This document shows, piece after piece, positions 46,657-56,263 of a stretch of DNA of 64,000 nt. Position 1 is the first letter of the stretch, and each line of letters begins with the position of its first letter. This DNA comes from an uncultured Rickettsiales bacterium (GTDB taxonomy: Bacteria; Pseudomonadota; Alphaproteobacteria; Rickettsiales; SXRF01). Made by a program: the position numbers and the translations under genes. The DNA is taken from the NCBI GenBank assembly GCA_964624555.1, contig CAZUXB010000004.1:5825-69824 (forward strand), written 5' to 3'. Below the pieces are notes generated by a model, which had not been told where the DNA came from, did not search any database, and was given only the letters and a program-made list of their open reading frames with translations.

Positions 46657-49629
46657 ATGACTCCTAAAGATAAAAAGATTATAAAAACACTGGTTATAGT
46701 GTTGTTTATGTGTGTGGGTGGTTTTGAAGGCCTGTTTTTTTATATAAATAGCCTTATCAAGCCGGAAAGCTACCAGCAGCAGATACTGGATGGTATAAAG
46801 AGCAACATCGGGCAGAATGTTTCTATTAAAGGCGGTATAAGGTTTGCGTTACTGCCTTATCCGAAATTAGTGGTTTCTGACCTTATTATCGGTAGTGATA
46901 GCTATGATGGCAAGCCTTCAACCATTCCGGTTGTCGATATCAAAAATTTAGAGATAAAAATATCCCCCGATACTTTGCTTTCAAAGGAAATAAGGCTATC
47001 GGGTATAGAGCTGGTGAACCCCACTTTATTGTTGCAACGTTCAAACGATAGTATCATCCATTGGGACTGGTTGAATACCAAGTTGCTTAAGCTGTTAAAC
47101 AGCAAGAATGGAAGTTTATCATCGCTGCCGGTGGTTATTAAAGGTGGAAGTATAAATTATCAGGACGTCGTAAATAATAAAAAATTGAATATCACCAATA
47201 TAGATGCCCGCAGTGTTGTTGGTTCGGATATGGTGTTCGGCGGAAGTATGCAGAGTGAAGGCCATCAATTTGACTTCGTGCTGGATAATTCTACGTCTGA
47301 TAATACTATTAAAGAATCTGAATTTCCGCTTAACCTTAAGCTAAGTGAAGGGCAGACTAATTTTCTAAAGGTGCAGAGCATTATTGAGCCATCAGGTGAA
47401 TTTCCCAAGGTTTCCGGTAAGTTCAATATGGCAACCAATGATATCGAAGATTTCCTGAACCTGATTTCAAAAATAAACAATAATAATGAAGCAGTTGCTA
47501 GTAAATACCCATTGCCTGTTAGCGTGAATGGGGATTGGGGTTTGGATGGTGACGTAATTAAAATGGAAAACCTGGAGGTAAAGGGAATGAACTCCAAGGG
47601 GGCGGGGAGTGCAACCTTGGGTTGGGACAAGTGGTACCCCACCATTACAATGGACCTTGGTTTTGAATATATCGATTATTTGACCTGGAGAAGGTTGCTA
47701 GAGAAGAGAATCATTAACCGGGTACCCAAGAAACAGGACAATCTGGATGAAGAAGAAGCACCTAGCTATGATTTCCGTAAAGAAAACCCGCTACCAGAGA
47801 ATATTGAGATTAAGTTAAATCTCAAAGCGCAACATGTGTTGTTAAATTCTGTGACCGCAAACGCTGTTACAGCGGCTTCGTCGGCAGTTGTTACATTAAG
47901 TAATACGGCCGGTCTTAACTCTGGCATGCTGGTTACAGGAAGTAATATTGCTGATGATACGCATATACTTAAAATAGATAGTGCTACTCAGGTGACTCTC
48001 GACAAACCAGCATCAGGCACGAACCCGGTTTTGATTTTTACTGCCGGGGAATTGAAAAATACCAGTTTGAATGCAGTTCTGGAGAACGGGGCATTTACCG
48101 TAAACCAGTGCAATATAGACCTGGCTGGCAAGGGAGTGCTTTCAATCTTTGGCGTCCTTTCACAGGGGGGAACTGGCGAATTACGCTTTGAAGGAAACGT
48201 GGAAGCACAAGGCAAGTCATTGCGTGATGCTGTTTCCATGTTCTATTCGGCAGCAAAAGATCTGCCACCTATCTCTATGGGGGAATTTAATTTAAAAGCA
48301 AACATGTATGTTACCGCTGGCCAGATTCGCCTGTTTGAAACCAAGGGCGAAATAGGTGGGGTCAACCTTGATGGGACGATTACAATATTTCCAGAAGCAG
48401 TTCTGCGTATTGACATGGCGATCAAGCTACAGAATGTAAACTTTGATTATGTTCGCGATACGTTACGTAAAAATAAGCTGGAAGCGAAAACGGTAGCAGA
48501 TACCGAGTCTGCCTTAAGTTTTGACTGGTTGAAATTTCTTGGGATACGGATTGATGCCAAAGTAATTATCGATGGTTTTACATTCATGGAGAATAAAGGG
48601 GATAAGGCTTCATTCTCGCTTTATGCCTATCGTGGGGACTTCAGGTTATCAGATCTCCAGATGACCTATCCGGATCATACCGATGAGTTTAATTGCAATT
48701 TGGATGTAAGGGGTAAGTTGCCTTTCATTAACCTGATGGCCAATACTGATAAACTTGATACCAGATATTTTGATATCAGCCCGAAAGCGCAGGGAGATAT
48801 CGCACCGCCGGATACGAGTAAGAAAGAACTGTTGCAGAAGGCCAATTTGGATGTAGCGGTTCCTTTGGAGTGGATGAATAGTTTTAATGGTATCTTCGAT
48901 CTTACTATACGTAAACTTATCCATAAAAACCTGATAATTGATAAGATTAAGATGCAGTCAAAACTTGACAGCAAGAAGCTGGCTATACAGAAACTGGAAT
49001 TCGTCTTTTCGCAGGCGCAAAGCCAGGTTGTTGGTACGCTCTATGGTGGTAAGGTGCCTGGTATAAATATCAGCTTTGTAATGGCTAATGCCGATATTTA
49101 TGAGGTTGTTTTTCCTATGACCGGCCTTGACAATATATCCGGTTTTGCCAATTTAAGCGGTAATATATCAACCAGCGGCTGGAGCTTTCTTGAATGGCTA
49201 CAACATTCCGATTCCAAGATACTGCTTACTGCGCGCGGGGTAAAAGTGAACGGAATTAATTTACCTGGAGTGACTAATGTTATTGATGTTGCCCGTTCTT
49301 CCGCAGACGTATTTAATAACGTGAATAATATCCTGACAAAGGGCACAACTGAATTCTCGGTTGACGCGGCTTTTAACGTTAAGGATGGGGAACTGCGCTC
49401 TCCCAATATGTCGGTACGGGCCGGGCTGGTCACCGGCTATGTTATTGGAGGGGTGAAGCTTGAGTCTATGGATGGGCAGTTTACCTCAACATTCCGCTTC
49501 CCAAATCTTTCATCCGAGAAAGTACCAACCTTGATGATCCTGCTTTCTGGTAACATGCACAAACCGGAAATTAAAGTTGATACCGCATCACTTGAGGATT
49601 TTGTTGCCAAGAGGAATGTTATAAAATAG
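46657..49629 (+). CDS. AsmA-family outer-membrane biogenesis protein (990 aa)
   Basis: N-terminal transmembrane anchor LVIVLFMCVGGFEGLFFYI, then a long beta-rich periplasmic region typical of AsmA/TamB-like proteins. Assignment is by overall architecture. Confidence 0.7.
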   Translation: MTPKDKKIIKTLVIVLFMCVGGFEGLFFYINSLIKPESYQQQILDGIKSNIGQNVSIKGGIRFALLPYPKLVVSDLIIGSDSYDGKPSTIPVVDIKNLEIKISPDTLLSKEIRLSGIELVNPTLLLQRSNDSIIHWDWLNTKLLKLLNSKNGSLSSLPVVIKGGSINYQDVVNNKKLNITNIDARSVVGSDMVFGGSMQSEGHQFDFVLDNSTSDNTIKESEFPLNLKLSEGQTNFLKVQSIIEPSGEFPKVSGKFNMATNDIEDFLNLISKINNNNEAVASKYPLPVSVNGDWGLDGDVIKMENLEVKGMNSKGAGSATLGWDKWYPTITMDLGFEYIDYLTWRRLLEKRIINRVPKKQDNLDEEEAPSYDFRKENPLPENIEIKLNLKAQHVLLNSVTANAVTAASSAVVTLSNTAGLNSGMLVTGSNIADDTHILKIDSATQVTLDKPASGTNPVLIFTAGELKNTSLNAVLENGAFTVNQCNIDLAGKGVLSIFGVLSQGGTGELRFEGNVEAQGKSLRDAVSMFYSAAKDLPPISMGEFNLKANMYVTAGQIRLFETKGEIGGVNLDGTITIFPEAVLRIDMAIKLQNVNFDYVRDTLRKNKLEAKTVADTESALSFDWLKFLGIRIDAKVIIDGFTFMENKGDKASFSLYAYRGDFRLSDLQMTYPDHTDEFNCNLDVRGKLPFINLMANTDKLDTRYFDISPKAQGDIAPPDTSKKELLQKANLDVAVPLEWMNSFNGIFDLTIRKLIHKNLIIDKIKMQSKLDSKKLAIQKLEFVFSQAQSQVVGTLYGGKVPGINISFVMANADIYEVVFPMTGLDNISGFANLSGNISTSGWSFLEWLQHSDSKILLTARGVKVNGINLPGVTNVIDVARSSADVFNNVNNILTKGTTEFSVDAAFNVKDGELRSPNMSVRAGLVTGYVIGGVKLESMDGQFTSTFRFPNLSSEKVPTLMILLSGNMHKPEIKVDTASLEDFVAKRNVIK

Positions 49630-49638
49630 GTCTAGGCG

Positions 49639-50865
49639 ATGATTATTGTTCAGAAATCCTCAGAGATAAGGTTAATGGAGTTATTAGGGGCTATCCGCGA
49701 TCCGGCGGGATGGCAGGCTGTCCATTTCCATCTTGACGAATTGTTGGAGCAATATAAAAGCGAATACCAGATAAAAATCGCCATAAATCTGATTCATGAT
49801 CTGCTCAAAGGTTATGAGGGCGGTATATACCAGATGGCTGATGGCAGTATTATTGCCATTTGCAATGAAGTGGACAGGAATATTCTCAATAAGCTGATCT
49901 TCCAATTGCGTTATCTCTATATGGATGATCCGTTGAGCTATACAGAAGATGGCTCAGAAAATCCTTATTTCTGTACAACCTATGACCTGCGTCTAAGGTG
50001 GCAGGATTTTATGGATATGTGCGGAAGCCGTATGGCCTTTCTGGTGCGTAAAAATTCCAATACTGAGCGCAGTGAGCGTGATACGCAACAGGTTGCGGAC
50101 AATACGTTCAGCAAGGGCGGCTTTAATGTATCGCGCCTGGCTAATATAGAAAAAGATATTGAACGTGCCGATATCCAGAAAGTGTTGCGCCGCCAGCCGA
50201 TATGCGTGGTATTGCCGGATATGAGCATGCGTAAGGTATTTGATGAAATGTATATCCATATTATACATTTGCGCCAGTTGTTGAAAATGGATGCCGATCT
50301 GTTAAGCAATCGTTGGTTGTTTAAATATTTTACCCAGATACTTGATGCGCGGATGTTAAAACTGATACGCCAGAATTTAGCACGTTATGTTGAATCACCA
50401 GTCAGCCTTAACTTAAACGTGGAAACACTTGTATCAAGCCGTTTCACCGAGTTTGATGCGGCGATTAAGCCATCAGCCAAGGTTTCCATCGTAATTGAAA
50501 TACCGGTTATTGACGTTTTTGCCGATATACATGCTTTCCATGTGGCGCGGCGTGATGCCCAGCGGTTAGGATACAGGATCTGCCTTGATGGGCTCAGTAC
50601 CGAAAGCTTCCTGATGATTGGCCGGGAAAATCTTGGTGTCGATCTGGTAAAGATACAGTGGAACGCCGATATCGAGTCTGACCTTGAAACCAAAGCAAAC
50701 AAGGAAATAATCAAAGCAATAAGCAGTTTTGGCAGTAACCGCGTCATCCTCTGCCGTTGCGATACCAAGGAAGCCGTGCAGTACGGTCAGGCACTCGGTA
50801 TCTCGCTGTTCCAGGGCCGCTATATCGATAAAGTACTTTCGCCCGATGCGAAGATAGAGAATTAA
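49639..50865 (+). CDS. Degenerate EAL-like domain protein (probable non-catalytic c-di-GMP-related protein)
   Basis: C-terminal half follows the EAL order: RRQPICVV...FDEMY (EAL replaced by EMY), SLNLN, IEIPV, ICLDGLST (in place of DDFGTG), VKIQ, CRCDTKEAVQYGQALGISLFQGRYI. Confidence 0.6.
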   Translation: MIIVQKSSEIRLMELLGAIRDPAGWQAVHFHLDELLEQYKSEYQIKIAINLIHDLLKGYEGGIYQMADGSIIAICNEVDRNILNKLIFQLRYLYMDDPLSYTEDGSENPYFCTTYDLRLRWQDFMDMCGSRMAFLVRKNSNTERSERDTQQVADNTFSKGGFNVSRLANIEKDIERADIQKVLRRQPICVVLPDMSMRKVFDEMYIHIIHLRQLLKMDADLLSNRWLFKYFTQILDARMLKLIRQNLARYVESPVSLNLNVETLVSSRFTEFDAAIKPSAKVSIVIEIPVIDVFADIHAFHVARRDAQRLGYRICLDGLSTESFLMIGRENLGVDLVKIQWNADIESDLETKANKEIIKAISSFGSNRVILCRCDTKEAVQYGQALGISLFQGRYIDKVLSPDAKIEN

Positions 50866-50927
50866 ATTACAAAAATCCTGTTGCTTAGTGTTATATAATA
50901 CAACCAACTAAAATTCGTAAACCCGAT

Positions 50928-51761
50928 TTACCATAAGACAGCAAGCGTACAAATATTTGGTGTATCTGCAACTGTCGCAGATAAATTATAAGTGTTTGGT
51001 GAGGCGGCAATTGTGCATGATGCACTGTGACCATTCAAATAACCAGAGCCGTAATAGGGAGTGTTTGCCACAAGCATGTTTCGAACTCTACCAGTATCTG
51101 GAATGCCATCGTCAATTTTACTATCAATAGCATATTCTTGGTTGGTAGTGGCGTTAATATAGAAAAGATTGGATAAAGACGTTTCGGTAAAAAGTCTTAT
51201 TTGCGTATAGTCTTGGTTTTGAATAACTTGTAAATGAGGGTATCTACCAGAAAATTTAGATTTTGGTAGAAAAACATCGTAGTCGTAAGATCCGGTAGGA
51301 AGGCCAGCAAAAAAGTAACTATTAGTACTGCTTTGGATAACTGTTCCAGTACCAGTGCCATACTGTCCCGTAATCATTTTAGCTTCAGAAAGATGTTGCC
51401 AAAATGCCAAAATTTCTCCCTCATTGATTTCTCCACTACCATTTCCAAATCCATATTTTATATAATTTCCTACGCTTTCCAAAACAAGATATGCTTTCCC
51501 CGCATAAGTCCCAGTGAAGGTGAAAAAACCTAGTTGTGTGGTTTCAGTTGGCGGTATATCGCCCGGCATATAGCCATATTTTACTTTAAAGGCGTTGGTT
51601 GCTGAGGTGATTTCTTCAAACTGCTTGATCTGGGAGCGTATCTCGGAGGTTCTTATAAGGTCTCTGCCCACCATTATCCCACCAACCAGTAAGCCGATAA
51701 TTACCACAACTGTACTTAATTCAACGAGCGTAAATCCATTTTTAAGGGGGGGTAGTATCAT
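50928..51761 (-). CDS. Prepilin-type N-terminal cleavage/methylation-domain protein, paralogue 2
   Basis: MILPPLKNG|FTLVELSTVVVIIGLLVGGIMVGRDLIRTSEIRSQIKQFEE...FKVKYGYMPGDIPP, collinear with paralogue 1. Confidence 0.85.
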   Translation of the reverse strand: MILPPLKNGFTLVELSTVVVIIGLLVGGIMVGRDLIRTSEIRSQIKQFEEITSATNAFKVKYGYMPGDIPPTETTQLGFFTFTGTYAGKAYLVLESVGNYIKYGFGNGSGEINEGEILAFWQHLSEAKMITGQYGTGTGTVIQSSTNSYFFAGLPTGSYDYDVFLPKSKFSGRYPHLQVIQNQDYTQIRLFTETSLSNLFYINATTNQEYAIDSKIDDGIPDTGRVRNMLVANTPYYGSGYLNGHSASCTIAASPNTYNLSATVADTPNICTLAVLW

Positions 51762-51797
51762 TGGTTGTACTTCTTCAGGTTTGCTATCTATTATTTA

Positions 51798-51826
51798 TTT
51801 ATAACTGAAGTAAGGATGATTGGCAA
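51798..51826 (-). promoter_or_regulatory. Sigma-70-like promoter conserved between the pilin paralogues
   Basis: Minus strand reads TTGCCA (51826-51821), 17 nt, TATAAA (51803-51798). Confidence 0.55.
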
Positions 51827-52092
51827 TGAAGAATTAAGATATGGTGTGGAATAGCGATAATATAAAATGAAATAAATCAATTACTTACCGTATTATCATG
51901 AGTGAACGCAAAGGATATCATTGTAAAATTCTTCAACTGTGCCTTAGAGTGACATAAAGCTATTTACTTTGTATTTCCGCTCTGTTATAGCTTCCGCCAT
52001 AAATCACGAATTCAGGCGATCGCCGACTATAGGCTTCATTTGGTAGATGTTTTTTGAAACATCCGGCAAATGAAGGGTTTCGCTCGTCCATT

Positions 52093-52163
52093 TTGTCATA
52101 CCAGCGAAAGCTGGTATCTAGTGGAAAGTTCGCCTGGATGCCAGACTGCGCTGGTATGACAAG
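52093..52163. repeat. GTCAT-terminated MITE-like palindromic element (~71 bp)
   Basis: Perfect 14-bp termini ttgtcataccagcg...cgctggtatgacaa. 5' hairpin ataccagc-gaaa-gctggtat. Confidence 0.8.
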
Positions 52164-52184
52164 ATAAAAATTGGGGAAGAAATT

Positions 52185-53120
52185 ATGAAATTGATCGCCT
52201 GCAACAGCAATATACCTCTCGCTCAGGGCGTGGCCGATTATCTTGGTATCAAACTGACCGATGCTAGCGTAAAACGTTTCGCCGATCAGGAGATATTTGT
52301 TGAGATTCAGGAGAACGTGCGCGGGGAAGACGTATTCATTATCCAGTCCACTTCCTTTCCGGCCAATGACAACCTTATGGAACTATTGGTGTGCCTCGAC
52401 GCGCTGAAGCGTGCATCGGCTCGCCGCGTGACTGCGGTGATACCGTATTTTGGTTATGCACGGCAGGACCGCAAGATGGGCTCACGCACACCAATAACCG
52501 CGAAACTTGTTGCCAACGTTATTACCGCATCGGGTGCCAACCGTGTGCTCACTGTTGACCTCCATGCCGGGCAGATACAGGGCTTTTTCGATATACCGCT
52601 GGATCATTTATATGCTGCACCGGTTATCATCGCCGATATCAAAAAACATTATACCAAGCCGGAAAATATCATGATCGTATCGCCGGACGTGGGTGGTGTG
52701 GTGCGTGCGCGTACTATTGCCAACCGTATCGGCGCGGACCTCGCCATCGTTGATAAGCGCCGCGAAAAAGCCGGTCAGTCGGAAGTGATGAACATCATCG
52801 GTGATGTTTCCGGCCGCGATTGTATTTTGTTCGACGATATCGTGGATTCCGCCGGGACACTGTGCAATGCCGCCGCCGCGCTTAAGGAAGCCGGAGCGTT
52901 GTCAGTGGCCGCGTATGTGACGCATGGTGTGCTTTCCGGCAAAGCCATTGAACGCGTGGGAAATTCTGTGCTTACCTCGCTGGTGGTAACCGATACCATC
53001 ATGACCACTGACGCAGTGAAAGCTGCAAAAAATATTCGAGTACTTTCGGTAGCCCCATTACTTGGAGAGGCCATTAAACGTATCAGCGAGGAAACCTCGG
53101 TTTCCAGCTTGTTTGATTAG
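52185..53120 (+). CDS. prs: Ribose-phosphate pyrophosphokinase
   Basis: [31 protein letters not shown] and DDIVDSAGT. Confidence 0.97.
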   Translation: MKLIACNSNIPLAQGVADYLGIKLTDASVKRFADQEIFVEIQENVRGEDVFIIQSTSFPANDNLMELLVCLDALKRASARRVTAVIPYFGYARQDRKMGSRTPITAKLVANVITASGANRVLTVDLHAGQIQGFFDIPLDHLYAAPVIIADIKKHYTKPENIMIVSPDVGGVVRARTIANRIGADLAIVDKRREKAGQSEVMNIIGDVSGRDCILFDDIVDSAGTLCNAAAALKEAGALSVAAYVTHGVLSGKAIERVGNSVLTSLVVTDTIMTTDAVKAAKNIRVLSVAPLLGEAIKRISEETSVSSLFD

Positions 53121-53124
53121 TAAT

Positions 53125-53217
53125 TCGAGGACTCGAGGATTAGAGGACTCGAGAACTGGAAAATATAATAATGAAAACATATTGAGTGCTCGGGTTCTCT
53201 AATACTCTAGTCCTCGG
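53125..53217. repeat. Tandem-octamer hairpin (TCGAGGAC family)
   Basis: tcgaggac tcgaggat tagaggac tcgagaac, 29-nt loop, then gtgctcgggttctctaatactctagtcctcgg. 26/32 complementary. Confidence 0.85.
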
Positions 53218-53234
53218 CAAAAAAGGAGAAGAAA

Positions 53235-53933
53235 ATGTCTAAGACCAACACAAAAACAATAGCTGTATTACCAGCAGCACTACGTGACCAAAGCGGTAAG
53301 GGTATTTCCCGCAGCCTGCGCCGCGAAGGAAAAATTCCCGGCGTTCTTTACAGCAAAGGCCAGGAAGCCACCCGCATCAGCCTGCCGCTTAAAGAAGTGG
53401 CTATAGAATATTCCAAAGGCCGGTTCCGCAGCCGCCTGGTGGAACTGAAATTCGCCGACAAAGTTGTGCAGGCTCTGCCTAAAGACCTGCAGTTCAACCC
53501 GGTTACCGATGCTATCGAACATGTCGATTTTATCAAAGTTGAGGCCGGGACAACCTTGCGCGTACAGGTGCCGGTAAAAATACTAGGCCAGGAACGTGCA
53601 GTTGGTTTGAAACGTGGTGGCGTTCTCAACATAGTGCGTCACGAAATAGAATTTATTTGCGTGCCGGATGCTATCCCTACACATATTGAAGTTAATATTC
53701 AGGCTGTTGATATTGGCCACAGTGTGCATATCAATGATATTGAATTGCCAAAAGGTGTTATCCCGGCCATCAAACGTAATTTCACCATCGCAACCATCGC
53801 CGGACGCGGTAAAGCTGAAGAAGAAACCCCGGCAGCAGCGGCAGCAGCGGCTACTGCTACGGCAGCAGCCCCGGCAGCGGGAGCAGCGGCGGCTGGTGCG
53901 GCAGCGAAAAAAGAAGAACCTAAGAAGAAATAG
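53235..53933 (+). CDS. rplY: 50S ribosomal protein L25 / general stress protein Ctc, with Ala-rich C-terminal tail
   Basis: RREGKIPGVLYSKG, DLQFNPVTDAIEHVDF; tail AAAAAATATAAAPAAGAAAAGAAAKKEEPKKK. Confidence 0.93.
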   Translation: MSKTNTKTIAVLPAALRDQSGKGISRSLRREGKIPGVLYSKGQEATRISLPLKEVAIEYSKGRFRSRLVELKFADKVVQALPKDLQFNPVTDAIEHVDFIKVEAGTTLRVQVPVKILGQERAVGLKRGGVLNIVRHEIEFICVPDAIPTHIEVNIQAVDIGHSVHINDIELPKGVIPAIKRNFTIATIAGRGKAEEETPAAAAAAATATAAAPAAGAAAAGAAAKKEEPKKK

Positions 53934-53934
53934 G

Positions 53935-54003
53935 GCGAGTATTAGAGGACTCGAGGACCCGAGGAATCGAGTTCTCTAGTCCTCGAATTCTCGAATCCTC
54001 GCT
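53935..54003. repeat. Array of ~8.5 degenerate octamers (TCGAGGAC family) filling the whole rplY-pth gap
   Basis: gcgagtat tagaggac tcgaggac ccgaggaa | tcgagttc tctagtcc tcgaattc tcgaatcc tcgct, then ATG of pth at 54004. Confidence 0.8.
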
Positions 54004-54573
54004 ATGCCACACCTCATCATCGGCCTTGGCAATCCCGGCACATCCTATGCCGGTAACCGCCATAATATAGGTTTCATGATCGCTGACCGTATTGTTTCTG
54101 AATACGGCCTTCCTAAGCCTTCCCTGAAATTTGGCGGAGCGGTTGCTGAAGGTATGATTGGTGGTGAAAAAACATATGTTTTCAAACCGCTCGGTTATAT
54201 GAACATTTCTGGTAGTCCTGCCAGTGAGATTGCACGGTTTTATAAAATCCCGCTGAAAGATATTATCGTTATCCATGATGACCTCGACCTGCCGCTGGGC
54301 AAACTCCGGGTAAAGCGTGGTGGTGGCAGCGGAGGGCATAATGGCCTGAAAAGCCTGGATTCGCATCTTGGCGTTGATTATATGCGCGTGCGTATAGGCA
54401 TTGGGCACCCCGGTGATAAAGACATGGTTGCCGAATACGTGCTTTCCGATTTCTGGAAAGAGGAGCAGCCAACCCTAAAAAGCATAATAGAAGAAACCGC
54501 CAAACATATAGATATACTGATAAAGAGTGATGAGGCCGGTTTTATGAACAAGGTGAGTCTGGCGCTGAGATAA
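54004..54573 (+). CDS. pth: Peptidyl-tRNA hydrolase
   Basis: MPHLIIGLGNPG..Y..NRHNIGF and GGHNGLKS. Confidence 0.96.
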   Translation: MPHLIIGLGNPGTSYAGNRHNIGFMIADRIVSEYGLPKPSLKFGGAVAEGMIGGEKTYVFKPLGYMNISGSPASEIARFYKIPLKDIIVIHDDLDLPLGKLRVKRGGGSGGHNGLKSLDSHLGVDYMRVRIGIGHPGDKDMVAEYVLSDFWKEEQPTLKSIIEETAKHIDILIKSDEAGFMNKVSLALR

Positions 54574-54680
54574 TTTATATAATACAACATATTAATTATT
54601 AGTCGTCATAAAAGTTTAACGTGAAATCAGAACCTATCCGGTATATACTGCAACCATATAATTAATTGATTTTGGTTAGC

Positions 54681-55076
54681 ATGAGCGACAGATTAAAAAA
54701 AATTGCCAAGGCTTCGGCCCTATTATTTACAATAGGCGTTGCACTTGCTGTGGCCGTTCCACTGGTAATGGGGGCTTTGGGTGCAACTGGTGCGGTTGCT
54801 AGCGTCAGTGGTTCTGCGGTTCTTAGCTCCGGTTTGTTTTTTGCCGGTTTCGGGGCATTAAACGAGGTTTTGAACCCAACCTTTGATAAAATGTTCGGGA
54901 CAGAAGAAAATGAAGCCGGAAAGACGCAGGTAATTGTAATAGAAGCACCGGCAAAGCCGCATGCAGTTTACCATAGCCATGCCGTTGATACATCTGTCAG
55001 TGATGGGCAGACCAGTTTTTCCCAGAAAATAAAAAGCGAAAAATTGGCTCTGGCACAAAAACCACTTGATTTGTAA
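54681..55076 (+). CDS. Hypothetical membrane protein (~131 aa)
   Basis: Gly/Ala-rich transmembrane segments ALLFTIGVALAVAVPLVMGALGATGAVA. I chose the ATG at 54681 (the ORF track starts at a TTG at 54666). Confidence 0.45.
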   Translation: MSDRLKKIAKASALLFTIGVALAVAVPLVMGALGATGAVASVSGSAVLSSGLFFAGFGALNEVLNPTFDKMFGTEENEAGKTQVIVIEAPAKPHAVYHSHAVDTSVSDGQTSFSQKIKSEKLALAQKPLDL

Positions 55077-55145
55077 TTGGTTATACCTGATTTATCCTTG
55101 TATTTATTCAAACAACTATAGTTCGTAATCAGGAGAAAAAATAAA

Positions 55146-56246
55146 ATGGGTTTTAAATGCGGTATCGTTGGCCTGCCCAATGTCGGTAAGTCAACCTTGT
55201 TCAATGCGCTGCTTTCTACCATGCAGGCGGAAGCGGCGAATTATCCGTTCTGCACCATCGAGCCGAATGTGGGTAGGGTCAGTGTCCCAGATCCGCGCCT
55301 TGAAAAGCTGGCGGCGGTAGCAGGCAGCGCGCAGATAATCCCGACCCAATTAGAGTTTGTGGATATCGCCGGGCTGGTACGCGGTGCGAGCAAAGGCGAG
55401 GGGCTGGGCAACCAGTTTCTGGCACATATCCGCGAGGTGGATGCGATACTCTATATGCTGCGCTGTTTTGAAGACGGCAACATCACCCATGTCGAAGGTA
55501 CTATCGACCCGCTGCGCGATAGCGATATCATCGAAATGGAGCTGACCATCGCCGATATGGAAAGTCTTGAAAAGCGCCTGCCCGCCCTCCAGAAAAAAGC
55601 CAAGAGCGATAAGGAAGCTGCCGAGCAGGTGGCGGTTATCGAGAAGGTTCTAAAAGTGGTTTCTGACGGCAAACCGGCACGGCATACTGAGCTTAAGGAT
55701 GACGTTGAAAAAAAGATAATGAAGAACCTGCAACTGCTTACCTCTAAACCGGTAATGTATGTGTGTAACGTTTCCGAAGGCGATGCCGCGAATGGCAACG
55801 CTCTTACCGCAAAAGTGGCGGAGATGGCGGAAAAGAAAAAAGCGCCGTGCGTGGTAATTTCCGCGCGTATCGAAGCGGAGATTTCGATGCTGCCCAGCGA
55901 AGAAGATAAGAAAGAATTTTTAGAGTCTTTGAACTTGAAAGAAACAGGACTGTCGCGCATCATCCACGCAGGATATCAACTGCTCGAACTGGTGACCTAT
56001 TTCACCGTGGGGCCAAAGGAAGCACGGGCTTGGACGATAACCAACGGCATGAGCGCGCCACAGGCGGCGGGCGTTATCCACAGCGACTTCGAAAAAGGCT
56101 TTATCCGCGCCGAAACAATTGCCTATAACGATTATATAAGCTGTAATGGTGAAGCTGGCGCCAAGGAAGCAGGAAAATTCCGTCTGGAAGGAAAAGATTA
56201 TCGCGTAAAGGATGGCGATGTGTTACATTTCAGGTTCAATAACTAG
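55146..56246 (+). CDS. ychF: Ribosome-binding ATPase YchF
   Basis: GIVGLPNVGKSTLFNAL, FVDIAGLV and a C-terminal TGS-like domain (HFRFN). Confidence 0.97.
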   Translation: MGFKCGIVGLPNVGKSTLFNALLSTMQAEAANYPFCTIEPNVGRVSVPDPRLEKLAAVAGSAQIIPTQLEFVDIAGLVRGASKGEGLGNQFLAHIREVDAILYMLRCFEDGNITHVEGTIDPLRDSDIIEMELTIADMESLEKRLPALQKKAKSDKEAAEQVAVIEKVLKVVSDGKPARHTELKDDVEKKIMKNLQLLTSKPVMYVCNVSEGDAANGNALTAKVAEMAEKKKAPCVVISARIEAEISMLPSEEDKKEFLESLNLKETGLSRIIHAGYQLLELVTYFTVGPKEARAWTITNGMSAPQAAGVIHSDFEKGFIRAETIAYNDYISCNGEAGAKEAGKFRLEGKDYRVKDGDVLHFRFNN

Positions 56247-56263
56247 ATGATTAGATAATTAGT

